This document shows positions 19,077 to 26,851 of a DNA stretch of 30,932 nt, piece after piece. The notes under the pieces are model-generated. The model worked only from the letters and a program-made list of their open reading frames with translations, was not told where the DNA came from and did not search any database. Where the stretch lies: contig CAZBSA010000001.1 in the NCBI GenBank assembly GCA_964494785.1, forward strand, positions 1-30,932. Reading direction: 5' to 3'. The position numbers and the translations under genes are program-made. Position 1 is the stretch's first letter, and the number at the start of each line of letters is the position of its first letter. Source of the stretch: an uncultured Gammaproteobacteria bacterium (GTDB lineage Bacteria > Patescibacteriota > Patescibacteriia > UBA2591 > UBA6264).

Positions 19077-20036
19077 TTATTTAAGTTTTTCCCACCACCA
19101 TTTATTATTTTTATACCAATTAATAGTATTTTCAAGGGCATCACTAAAATTAAATTCAGGCTGCCAGCCTAAATTACGAATCTTAGAATTATCTAAAGCA
19201 TATCTAAAATCATGCCCTTTTCTATCAGTTACAAACTTAATTAACTCCTTATTGGGTTGAATTTTTTCTTGCAATAATTTAGCAATTTCTAAATTACTTT
19301 TTTCCTCTCCTGTCCCAATATTATATATTTCGCCAATTTTTCCCTTTTTTAAAACTGTATCAATACCTTTACAATTATCTAAAACATGAATCCACTCACG
19401 TATATTACTACCATCTCCATATAAAGGCACTTTTTTTTCTTCAAATAAGTTAGTGGTAAAAAGTGGTATAAACTTCTCTACATGTTGATAAGGCCCAACA
19501 TTATTACAAGAACGTGTAATAAGGGCAGGAAAGTTATAAGTTTTAATATAAGATCTTACCAACACATCAGCAGCTGTTTTTGAAGCTGAATAAGGATTAT
19601 TTGGCTTTAATGGATCTTTTTCTCGAAATTTACCTTTTTTTGCACTACCATATACTTCGTCTGTGCTAATTTGAATAAAACGATCTATATTATAAAATTT
19701 AGAAACATTTAATAAAACATTAGTCCCCAAAACATTTGTTTTGGTAAAATTAAGAGAATTTTTAATAGAATTATCTACATGTGATTCAGCCGCAAAATTT
19801 ATCACTGCATCTGGCTTTTCATTTTCCATGATTTGAGAAACTATACTTTCATCAGCTATATCACCTTTTATGAGTTTATAATTATCATTATCCTCTAAAT
19901 CTTTAAGGTTGTCTGGATTACCAGCATAAGTTAACTTATCTAGATTAATAATTTTAACTGAAGAATCAGAGTTTAATTTATATCTAATAAAATTAGAGCC
20001 AATAAAACCTGCCCCACCAGTAACTAATATTTTCAT
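19077..20036 (-). CDS. rfbB: dTDP-glucose 4,6-dehydratase
   Basis: VTGGAGFIGSNF, DKLTYAGN, AAESHVD, STDEVYG, PYSASK, LYGDG..IREWIHV, DRKGHDFRYA. Confidence 0.96.
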   Translation of the reverse strand: MKILVTGGAGFIGSNFIRYKLNSDSSVKIINLDKLTYAGNPDNLKDLEDNDNYKLIKGDIADESIVSQIMENEKPDAVINFAAESHVDNSIKNSLNFTKTNVLGTNVLLNVSKFYNIDRFIQISTDEVYGSAKKGKFREKDPLKPNNPYSASKTAADVLVRSYIKTYNFPALITRSCNNVGPYQHVEKFIPLFTTNLFEEKKVPLYGDGSNIREWIHVLDNCKGIDTVLKKGKIGEIYNIGTGEEKSNLEIAKLLQEKIQPNKELIKFVTDRKGHDFRYALDNSKIRNLGWQPEFNFSDALENTINWYKNNKWWWEKLK

Positions 20037-20039
20037 AAA

Positions 20040-20891
20040 TTATATATTTAAATTATTTAAAAATCGTTTTGTAGCATCTTGCCAAGTCGGTGTTTTATAA
20101 TTAAGTATTTTTTCAATAGGAAAATTATTTAAGCTAGTGCTTTGAGGTCTTTTTGCTAAAGTGTCAAAATCGCTTGCCTTAGCCTTTTCTAATTTACCTT
20201 GCCAGCCTACTTGTTTTAAAATTAATTTTGCCCAATCATATTTAGAACATTGACCACTATTTGAAAAATGGTAAAGGCCAAAATTATTAGTTTGAAATAG
20301 CTTAATTGAAACATCTGCTAGGTCATTTACAAAAGTTGGGCTACCTATTTGATCTGATACTATTTTTAAACTATTCTTTTCTTTCGCCCAATTTAAAGCC
20401 TTTAAAGGAAAACTGCTTTTGGGATTTTTTCCAAAAAGCCAAGAGGTTCTTATTATAAAATATTTATTAGCAAAACTTTTAACCATTTTTTCGCCTAAAA
20501 GTTTACTTTGGCCATATTTATTTATAGGATTGGGAATATCAGCAATATTATATTCTTGCTTTTGGCCTGAAAAAACATAATCGCTGCTAAAATGAAATAG
20601 TAATGCATTGATTTTATTGCTAAAGTGGGCAAGATATTTTAAGGCTATACCATTTACTAAAAAAGCTTTTTTCCAATCCTTTTCTGCTTTATCAACCATA
20701 TTATAAGCAGCACAATTAAAAATTATATCAGGTTTTTTACTTAAAATATTTTCTTTTACCTGATCAAATTGAGTAATATCTAAATCTTTTTTGGTCAATA
20801 AAAAAACCTCATTTTCAGAGGATAGTTTTTCTTTAAAACTTTGAGCCAGTTGTCCTTTAGCGCCAGTAATTAAAATCTTTTTATTCTTCAT
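20040..20891 (-). CDS. rfbD: dTDP-4-dehydrorhamnose reductase
   Basis: ITGAKGQL, LDIT, NCAAYNMVDKAE, SSDYVF.G, PINKYGQSK, IIRTSWLFG, IVSDQIGSPT. Confidence 0.95.
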   Translation of the reverse strand: MKNKKILITGAKGQLAQSFKEKLSSENEVFLLTKKDLDITQFDQVKENILSKKPDIIFNCAAYNMVDKAEKDWKKAFLVNGIALKYLAHFSNKINALLFHFSSDYVFSGQKQEYNIADIPNPINKYGQSKLLGEKMVKSFANKYFIIRTSWLFGKNPKSSFPLKALNWAKEKNSLKIVSDQIGSPTFVNDLADVSIKLFQTNNFGLYHFSNSGQCSKYDWAKLILKQVGWQGKLEKAKASDFDTLAKRPQSTSLNNFPIEKILNYKTPTWQDATKRFLNNLNI

Positions 20892-21432
20892 AAGAAAAAT
20901 TATTATTAGACTCTTTTAAACTGGGTAAATTTTTATCTTTTTTAGATAGAATAGGATCTTGAATAGGCCAATCAATACCAATATCTGGGTCATTCCATCT
21001 AATACCCGCCTCATGCTCAGGAGAATACTCTTTGGTGCATTTATACATAATTAAAGAGTTGTCTTTAAGAGAACAAAATCCATGGGCAAAGCCTTCTGGG
21101 ACATAAAGCATCTTTGTATTATCTTCTGACAAAATCTCCCCTATCCATTTACCATAGTTAGGTGAACCTTTTCTAATATCAACTGCTACATCTAAAATTT
21201 TTCCCTTAAGGCAATAAACAAGCTTGCCTTGTGCTTTAGGATTATTTTGAAAATGAAGCCCCCTAATTACACCTTTTTTAGAAACAGAAATATTGTCCTG
21301 CTTAAATTGGGGTACTTTACCATTAAAAAAAGACTCTTTAAAAACTTCTTCAAAATAACCCCTGTTATCTTTAAAGGACCTTAAGCGAAACAATAAAACA
21401 TTATTGTGTTTTTTAGATATTTTAAAAGGCAT
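20881..21432 (-). CDS. rfbC: dTDP-4-dehydrorhamnose 3,5-epimerase
   Basis: DNRGYF, QDNISVS.KGVIRGLHFQ, QGKLV, DVAVDIRKGSP, VPEGFAHGF, GIRWNDP, LSKKD. Confidence 0.96.
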   Translation of the reverse strand: MPFKISKKHNNVLLFRLRSFKDNRGYFEEVFKESFFNGKVPQFKQDNISVSKKGVIRGLHFQNNPKAQGKLVYCLKGKILDVAVDIRKGSPNYGKWIGEILSEDNTKMLYVPEGFAHGFCSLKDNSLIMYKCTKEYSPEHEAGIRWNDPDIGIDWPIQDPILSKKDKNLPSLKESNNNFSYEE

Positions 21433-21468
21433 AAAATTATTTACTTAAATTCTACTTTTACTAATTCT

Positions 21469-21497
21469 ATAATATATAAATTTTAAAATTATTGCAA
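21469..21497 (-). promoter_or_regulatory. Promoter of rfbCDBA (TTGCAA-N17-TATTAT)
   Basis: Minus-strand TTGCAA 21497-21492 and TATTAT 21474-21469, 17-nt spacer, 36 nt upstream of the rfbC ATG. Confidence 0.55.
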
Positions 21498-21515
21498 ACC
21501 AAAACTAGTTAATAT

Positions 21516-22061
21516 TTAAAGAGAGTTATTTTTATTTTTTTCTATTTTTTTTAATAAAGTTTTTTTTAAATCTTGGGCTATTTTAGGATCCAAACCAGGA
21601 ATTTTCCCCTCAGCTCCCCTAATCCCAGAATAGCCAGCTGTTTGAACAAGTAAATTACTTAATTTTAAAAATCTAGCAACTAGATCCCTTTGAATATCTA
21701 CATTTTGTATATTTTGATACGGAATAGTTATATATTTTTTGTGAATTACTCCCTTGTTTATATTTAAAATTTTCTCTTTTAGCTCATAACGCCAATTACG
21801 ATAAACTAATTTAGACCAAATATAGCAAAAAATTATTATTAAAAGCATTAAAAATATTAAGGGCAATAAAAACACGACTAAGAAAGGCAATCTTTCTAAA
21901 ACATTACTTAAACCAGCTTGACTAGCTTTCATTAAAGAAGCAATCGCAAAAAAGATCATAGGCAAGATTAAAAAAATAGAAAAAGCACCCCCTGCTATCA
22001 AAGAGCCTCCTAAATAGCGCACAAAGAAATACCAAACTGATTTTTGATGTATTTTTTGCAT
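21516..22061 (-). CDS. Bacterial PH-domain (YdbS/bPH_2-like) membrane protein; start reassigned to ATG 22061
   Basis: Two hydrophobic segments, then WRYEL...INKGVI......IPYQNIQNVDI.R....RFL.L..L.VQTAG...IPGL. The ORF-track extension to 22139 runs through two promoters. Confidence 0.85.
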   Translation of the reverse strand: MQKIHQKSVWYFFVRYLGGSLIAGGAFSIFLILPMIFFAIASLMKASQAGLSNVLERLPFLVVFLLPLIFLMLLIIIFCYIWSKLVYRNWRYELKEKILNINKGVIHKKYITIPYQNIQNVDIQRDLVARFLKLSNLLVQTAGYSGIRGAEGKIPGLDPKIAQDLKKTLLKKIEKNKNNSL

Positions 22062-22085
22062 ATAAAATAAGTTATTATTAATTTT

Positions 22086-22114
22086 AGTATAATACTTTTT
22101 TAAAAAAATAACAA
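22086..22114 (-). promoter_or_regulatory. Promoter of the PH-domain gene (TTGTTA-N17-TATACT)
   Basis: Minus-strand TTGTTA 22114-22109 and TATACT 22091-22086, 17-nt spacer; back-to-back with the plus-strand promoter at 22126. Confidence 0.55.
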
Positions 22115-22125
22115 TATTCTCTAGT

Positions 22126-22154
22126 TTGACAAAATACAAAAAAAGTTATATTAT
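22126..22154 (+). promoter_or_regulatory. Cassette-1 promoter TTGACA-N17-TATTAT
   Basis: TTGACA 22126-22131, 17-nt spacer, TATTAT 22149-22154; SD AGGAGG at 22184-22189. Confidence 0.8.
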
Positions 22155-22194
22155 CAATATAAATAGATCTATAAAATTTAAAAAGGAGGAAAAA

Positions 22195-22758
22195 ATGAAA
22201 ATAATCTCGCCTACCGAATTTCAAGAAAAATTAACCAGTGGCTATAAGCGCTTTTATAATACCATTATCACTGGATCAATTAGAATTGAAAATAAAAAAG
22301 TAAAAGATATTATTTTATCCGATGTAGAAATTAAAGGTAGCTTTGAAATAGAAAATATTGATTTAGATAATTTTTGTCTTTGTAATGTTAATATAAGAGG
22401 TATCATGGTTTTAAGAAATATACTGGTGAAATGTATTTTAGATATTAGAAAGACTCAAGCAGATAGTATAAAATTCTCAGAAGTTAATGTTCAACAAAGA
22501 TCTCTTTTATCTCAAATCAAGATTAGCAGTTTTTTAGATATTGTTGAATCCAGATTTCATGCTTTTAATCTAAAAGAAATTAAAGTTACTGAAGAAGATT
22601 TAGCAAGAAAAACTTTTTCAAAAGGAATTGGCCAGGAAAAAATAAAAGATTGTTATATGTTGAGAATCCAAAGATTGATGTTTTATGGCAAAGAAATTTT
22701 AATAAAATACAGCCCCAGCCCGCAAAAGTGCACTAGATTTAAAATCGTCACTGGTTAA
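22195..22758 (+). CDS. Hypothetical 187-aa protein with 10/11-residue repeats (predicted beta-solenoid, pentapeptide-like); start reassigned to ATG 22195
   Basis: AGGAGG 5 nt before the ATG. Repeats NTIITGSIRIE / NKKVKDIILS / DVEIKGSFEIE / NIDLDNFCLC / NVNIRGIMVLR / NILVKCILDIR. Own promoter and terminator. Confidence 0.75.
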   Translation: MKIISPTEFQEKLTSGYKRFYNTIITGSIRIENKKVKDIILSDVEIKGSFEIENIDLDNFCLCNVNIRGIMVLRNILVKCILDIRKTQADSIKFSEVNVQQRSLLSQIKISSFLDIVESRFHAFNLKEIKVTEEDLARKTFSKGIGQEKIKDCYMLRIQRLMFYGKEILIKYSPSPQKCTRFKIVTG

Positions 22759-22795
22759 AAGCCCCAAGTAATAAAATATTGGGGCTTCTTTTTTT
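22759..22795 (+). terminator. Intrinsic terminator of cassette 1
   Basis: AAGCCCCAA (22759-22767) ... TTGGGGCTT (22779-22787), then C and a 7-T tract, directly after the stop codon. Confidence 0.85.
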
Positions 22796-22797
22796 GC

Positions 22798-22826
22798 TTG
22801 ACAAAAATAATTTTTAATATTATTAT
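22798..22826 (+). promoter_or_regulatory. Cassette-2 promoter TTGACA-N17-TATTAT
   Basis: TTGACA 22798-22803, 17-nt spacer, TATTAT 22821-22826; SD GGAGGT at 22865-22870. Confidence 0.8.
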
Positions 22827-22873
22827 AAAAATAGTACGATAAAAAATTAAAAAAACAAAGGAAGGGAGGTAAT

Positions 22874-23053
22874 ATGCAGCGCATATTAAAACTAAAAAGA
22901 GTCATCTGCCCTAAAAAAACTTGTTTTAGAGAAATAGAGATTCAAATTGTTACAAAATGCTACAAGAACAAACCTGATGAGCCTGAAGTTAAATTTGTAC
23001 AATGTCCTAGATGCAAAACCATATACAATATAGAAAAAAATACAAGCACTTAA
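22874..23053 (+). CDS. Small 59-aa Zn-ribbon-like protein, not in the ORF track
   Basis: My translation: MQRILKLKRVICPKKTCFREIEIQIVTKCYKNKPDEPEVKFVQCPRCKTIYNIEKNTST*. CPxxxC...CPRC knuckles, SD GGGAGGT 3 nt before ATG, dedicated promoter and terminator. Confidence 0.85.
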   Translation: MQRILKLKRVICPKKTCFREIEIQIVTKCYKNKPDEPEVKFVQCPRCKTIYNIEKNTST

Positions 23054-23066
23054 TCTAAATACAAAT

Positions 23067-23094
23067 AAAGAGGTGAAAAAACACCTCTTTTTTT
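23067..23094. terminator. Bidirectional intrinsic terminator between the Zn-ribbon gene and the GGDEF gene
   Basis: AAAGAGGTG-AAAAAA-CACCTCTTT followed by further T residues; the reverse reading also ends in TTTATTT. Confidence 0.85.
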
Positions 23095-23122
23095 ATATAA
23101 AAAATAAACTTAATTTATGAAT

Positions 23123-23656
23123 TTAATTGCCATTTTTTGTCTTATCTTTATGATAATACATTTTTCTATCAGCTCTTTTTGAAACTTGTACTAAATTATC
23201 TATTTTCCAAGACTCTATACCATAACTTAAACTAGTTTCTGAACATAAATTATTTTTGTTAATATATTCGTTAAATTGTTTTGTTACTCTTTTTAAAAGT
23301 TTTTTTGAATTTTCCTTGCTAGTTCCAGGTAAGAGAGCCACAAACTCGTCCCCTCCCCATCTAGCTACTAAATCACTTTCTCGACTATTTTCCTCAAGCA
23401 ATTCACCTATTTTAGTTAAAACTTTATCTCCTACATCATGACCAAATTGATCATTAATCCTTTTAAAATTATTAACATCCATCATAACAAAAGTTAAATC
23501 TCTGTCATAGCGACGAGCGTTTGCTAGTTCTGTCTTAGCCACTTCTTCAAAATAACGCCTATTGTAAAGGCCGGTTACCGGATCTTTAAATATATTTTCT
23601 CCCATTTTATTTAATATTGATAATTTATGAAAAAAATCTTTAATTACTTTAAACAT
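23123..23656 (-). CDS. Stand-alone GGDEF diguanylate cyclase
   Basis: DPVTGLYNRR, MDVNNFKRINDQFGHDVGD, I-site RESD, RWGGDEF, SYG, ADRKMY..K. Confidence 0.93.
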   Translation of the reverse strand: MFKVIKDFFHKLSILNKMGENIFKDPVTGLYNRRYFEEVAKTELANARRYDRDLTFVMMDVNNFKRINDQFGHDVGDKVLTKIGELLEENSRESDLVARWGGDEFVALLPGTSKENSKKLLKRVTKQFNEYINKNNLCSETSLSYGIESWKIDNLVQVSKRADRKMYYHKDKTKNGN

Positions 23657-23677
23657 AAAAATACTAAGTTTTAAAAA

Positions 23678-24952
23678 TTATTTATTTAATTCCTTTTTTA
23701 AATTTAAAATTTCTCTCATTTGGTTTTTCAACCAATTACTGCCAGAAATCATATTATTATATGTGCCCTCATCAACTTCTTGTAATTGTTCTCTCACACC
23801 TTTAATAGCGCTTTTTAAATATTTAATATTTTTCTTGTAATCATTTTTCTGAGATATTATATCCTCTTTCTCTTGGTCAGATAAATTGGTTTGTAACCTT
23901 TTATTACATTTTTCTAACCCTATTTCTGAGTTTTGCAATAATTTTCTAAAAAATCTAATTTGTATTGTCATTGCATTTTTTTCAGTATATTTTGTGAATT
24001 TTACCTGATGCTTTATACGCATTTCAACCTCCTCCATATTTTCGGGTAAATATTCTAAATTATCAGTTATATTCTCTATCTTGCTCCATTTGTTGCAAAT
24101 AATTTCGTTTTTTTGCATTTCTGGATATTGATTATAATCCACCGCATGAACAGTTTCATGTACTATGGCAGCAAAAACTGAAGCAGTAATATTGTTTGCA
24201 CTTGCCGGATTTTCAGCTGGATTGTTTTGTAAAATTTTTGCATAGCGAGGGTTAATAACAATTGCTTTATGCTCTGGCCAATACGCCCCAACAGTATGAT
24301 CGGGTATTTTAGCCTCCTTGCCATTATCAAGTTCTAAATTGCTAGCTATACGTATATCTATTGTAGGTATATCAATATCAACTCCTACCTCTTCTGCCCA
24401 ATCTTCATATTGTTTAACTCCTAGCTTAACAGCTTCTTTAGCAAACTCCTCAATATCTTCAACACTAAAATATCCCTTTTCTAGTTTTGATTCTATGCTA
24501 ATAGGAACATCAACTGTTTTTACTTTGTTTTCAACTGAGCGCAGATAACTAAAATCTGACTTTTTAGTAATTTCTCCAGATTCTGCCCGGCCAGGCAAAG
24601 CGGGGATAGCAACCATTGCAAGAGCAAAACCAGTCTTTAAAACCCTTTTTAACTTCCCTATTAAACTATTAACTTTTTTGCGTTTTGGTATTTCTTTATT
24701 TTTTGATGAAGAAAAAAGACTATTGTAATTTTCTTTAATCTTATCAAGTAATGAATAAAAACTTTCTTTATTTTGTTCTTTTAGATCATCTATTTTATTT
24801 AAAAAACCATATCTATCTTTGTTTTCTTTTTTTGCGTGAGGCAACCTTTTAAAATTAGGGTCTACTTGAAAATTGCCTCCCTCTTTATTTATTTTTTCTT
24901 TTTTCTTTTTAGGGTCAGTCTGATTAAAAACTGGCTGTTTTTCAAAATTCAT
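23678..24952 (-). CDS. Hypothetical protein with HExxH zincin-like motif
   Basis: GAYWP...IVIN...AIVHETVHA, with a downstream Glu in YTEKNA as candidate third ligand. One internal hydrophobic segment at aa about 105-120. Confidence 0.6.
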   Translation of the reverse strand: MNFEKQPVFNQTDPKKKKEKINKEGGNFQVDPNFKRLPHAKKENKDRYGFLNKIDDLKEQNKESFYSLLDKIKENYNSLFSSSKNKEIPKRKKVNSLIGKLKRVLKTGFALAMVAIPALPGRAESGEITKKSDFSYLRSVENKVKTVDVPISIESKLEKGYFSVEDIEEFAKEAVKLGVKQYEDWAEEVGVDIDIPTIDIRIASNLELDNGKEAKIPDHTVGAYWPEHKAIVINPRYAKILQNNPAENPASANNITASVFAAIVHETVHAVDYNQYPEMQKNEIICNKWSKIENITDNLEYLPENMEEVEMRIKHQVKFTKYTEKNAMTIQIRFFRKLLQNSEIGLEKCNKRLQTNLSDQEKEDIISQKNDYKKNIKYLKSAIKGVREQLQEVDEGTYNNMISGSNWLKNQMREILNLKKELNK

Positions 24953-25005
24953 ATTAAATTAAAATTATATAATATTTTTAAACTAAGCCAAGCTAATAAT
25001 TAGTA

Positions 25006-25740
25006 TTATTTATTTAAATACTGTTGAAATTGTTTGGCATTTTTAATAGCATGGGCTTTTATGTCGTTATTAAAATAAATAAAAACCTGATCTAAATTGC
25101 TTTTCCAATCTTTTACTTTTTCAGCCCATTCTTTTAAAAAATCACTATTATAACTATTTTTGTAATTACCACTTGGACCATGAAAGCGTATATATACAAA
25201 ATTTGAGGTTATCCAATCAATATTTTCATCAACCATATCATTAATGCAAAAACCTATATTAAATTTTCTTAATATAGATCTTATGTTCTCCTTTAACCAA
25301 GCCTTATTACGAAACTCAAAAACATAGTCTTGGTCTTTAGTTTGATTTAAAAGCAATTTTATAAAATTTTCTAACCTCTTAGCATCAACATGCCAGTTAG
25401 GGGGAAGTTGAAAAAGTATAGGCCCTTTTTTAGCATTCAGATATTCCATTCTTTTTAAAAATCTTTTTAAAGAATTTTTTGGATTTTTAAGCTTTTTAAG
25501 GTGAGTAATATAGCGACTGGCTTTAACAGAAAAAACAAAATCAGATGGTACTTTTTTAAGCCATTTCTTTAAACTCTTTTTAGATGGCAGCTGATAAAAA
25601 CTATTATTAACCTCCACCGTATTAAAATGATCAGCATAAAAATTTAACCAAGCACTATTTTTTAAGGATTTGGGATAAAATTTATTTTTCCAATCTTTAT
25701 AAGACCAGCCTGAGGTGCCAATAAAAATTTTACCTGACAT
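25006..25740 (-). CDS. DUF72 (YecE-like) family protein
   Basis: IGTSGWSY..W...FYP, FNTVEVNNSFY, FVFSVKASRYITH, GPILFQLPP, FEFR, YIRFHG, FIYFNND..AHA..NA. Confidence 0.92.
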   Translation of the reverse strand: MSGKIFIGTSGWSYKDWKNKFYPKSLKNSAWLNFYADHFNTVEVNNSFYQLPSKKSLKKWLKKVPSDFVFSVKASRYITHLKKLKNPKNSLKRFLKRMEYLNAKKGPILFQLPPNWHVDAKRLENFIKLLLNQTKDQDYVFEFRNKAWLKENIRSILRKFNIGFCINDMVDENIDWITSNFVYIRFHGPSGNYKNSYNSDFLKEWAEKVKDWKSNLDQVFIYFNNDIKAHAIKNAKQFQQYLNK

Positions 25741-25765
25741 AAACTAATTATAAGCCATTTATTAA

Positions 25766-26815
25766 CTAAATTTTGGCCTGCTTTTCAATTTCCCTTTTTT
25801 TGGCAGATTTCTTTTTATAAATCATATAATCCTTTATTAAAATCGAGACGATAGTAGCAAAAGGAACGGCTAAAATCATTCCTAGCGGTCCAGCAATTTT
25901 ACCTCCTATTAAAAGCACTACTATAATTGTTAAAGGGTCTAGCCCAACAGCTCTGTGCATAATGTAGGGTGAAATTAAATTACCTTGAATTTGTTGGATA
26001 ATAATATAAAGAATTATAACAAATAAAGCCAAAGTAGGGGATTGCGTTAAAGCGACAATTACGGCTGGTATTGCTCCTATGTATGAACCAATATAAGGTA
26101 TAAATTCTGTAATACCAGCTAAAACCGCTAAAGCCAGAGCATATTTTACCCCTAAAATCGAAAGACCAATATAAGACATAATAGTAACACAAACTACTAA
26201 CATAAGCATACCTCTTCCCCAAGAACCAATCTCTTTTTGGACTGAATCTAAAAACCTATCAATAAAACCTTTATATTTTTCAGGGATAAATCTTTCTATC
26301 ACAGAAGAAAGGGTCTTTTTTTCTATTGTTAAATAAAATGCAATAACAAAAATCATAAAGCCAGTAAAAAATTGCCCAGTTACTGAACCTAAAACAGAAA
26401 AAACACTCTTCCCAACCCCAGGAGAACCTTGGAGCCAGCCCCCTAAAACCTGAACTAAATCGGATTGAGTTTTAGTAGAAAAATTTTCCATTAAAGAAGC
26501 AATTGTTTCAGGTAATCTTGTGATTAAAACATGGCTTTGATTTATAACCTTTGGTACTACGGCTACTCCTATTAAAGAAATAACAGCAGCAATTAAAATA
26601 TAAGTTATAGCAGCTCCCAGCCATCTAGCTATTTTTTTTCTTTCTAAAAAATTAACTAAAGGAGTTATAATAGTAGCTATAATAGCAGCTGTAAAAATAA
26701 TTAATATAATATCTCTTATTAAATAAAGAAAAAGCAGCCCTAAAATTACTCCAAAAATCTTCGCAATAGACCAGAAATCAAATTTAATAATAGTTGTTTT
26801 AGTGTTTTTGTTCAT
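25766..26815 (-). CDS. AI-2E (PerM-like) family transporter
   Basis: Multiple TM helices; LAGITEFIPYIG, QQIQGNLISPYIM, GL.PLTII..L..GG...G.LGMILAVP. Confidence 0.9.
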   Translation of the reverse strand: MNKNTKTTIIKFDFWSIAKIFGVILGLLFLYLIRDIILIIFTAAIIATIITPLVNFLERKKIARWLGAAITYILIAAVISLIGVAVVPKVINQSHVLITRLPETIASLMENFSTKTQSDLVQVLGGWLQGSPGVGKSVFSVLGSVTGQFFTGFMIFVIAFYLTIEKKTLSSVIERFIPEKYKGFIDRFLDSVQKEIGSWGRGMLMLVVCVTIMSYIGLSILGVKYALALAVLAGITEFIPYIGSYIGAIPAVIVALTQSPTLALFVIILYIIIQQIQGNLISPYIMHRAVGLDPLTIIVVLLIGGKIAGPLGMILAVPFATIVSILIKDYMIYKKKSAKKREIEKQAKI

Positions 26816-26851
26816 AATATTTGAAAATAAAACAAATTAAATATATAAAAA

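Noticed and set aside
22126-22194. ORF-track TTG start at 22126 and the PH-gene extension to 22139
   Set aside because: The TTG is the first three bases of the TTGACA -35 box. An SD-preceded ATG at 22195 and an ATG at 22061 fit the promoters better.
23123-23656. GGDEF as a Hypr-type cGAMP synthase
   Set aside because: The specificity position after GHxxG is Asp, not Ser/Thr.
21516-25740. Accessory stretch as a prophage, integron or IS-bounded island
   Set aside because: No integrase, transposase, phage structural gene, attC-like GTT...AAC site, tRNA or flanking direct repeat was seen.
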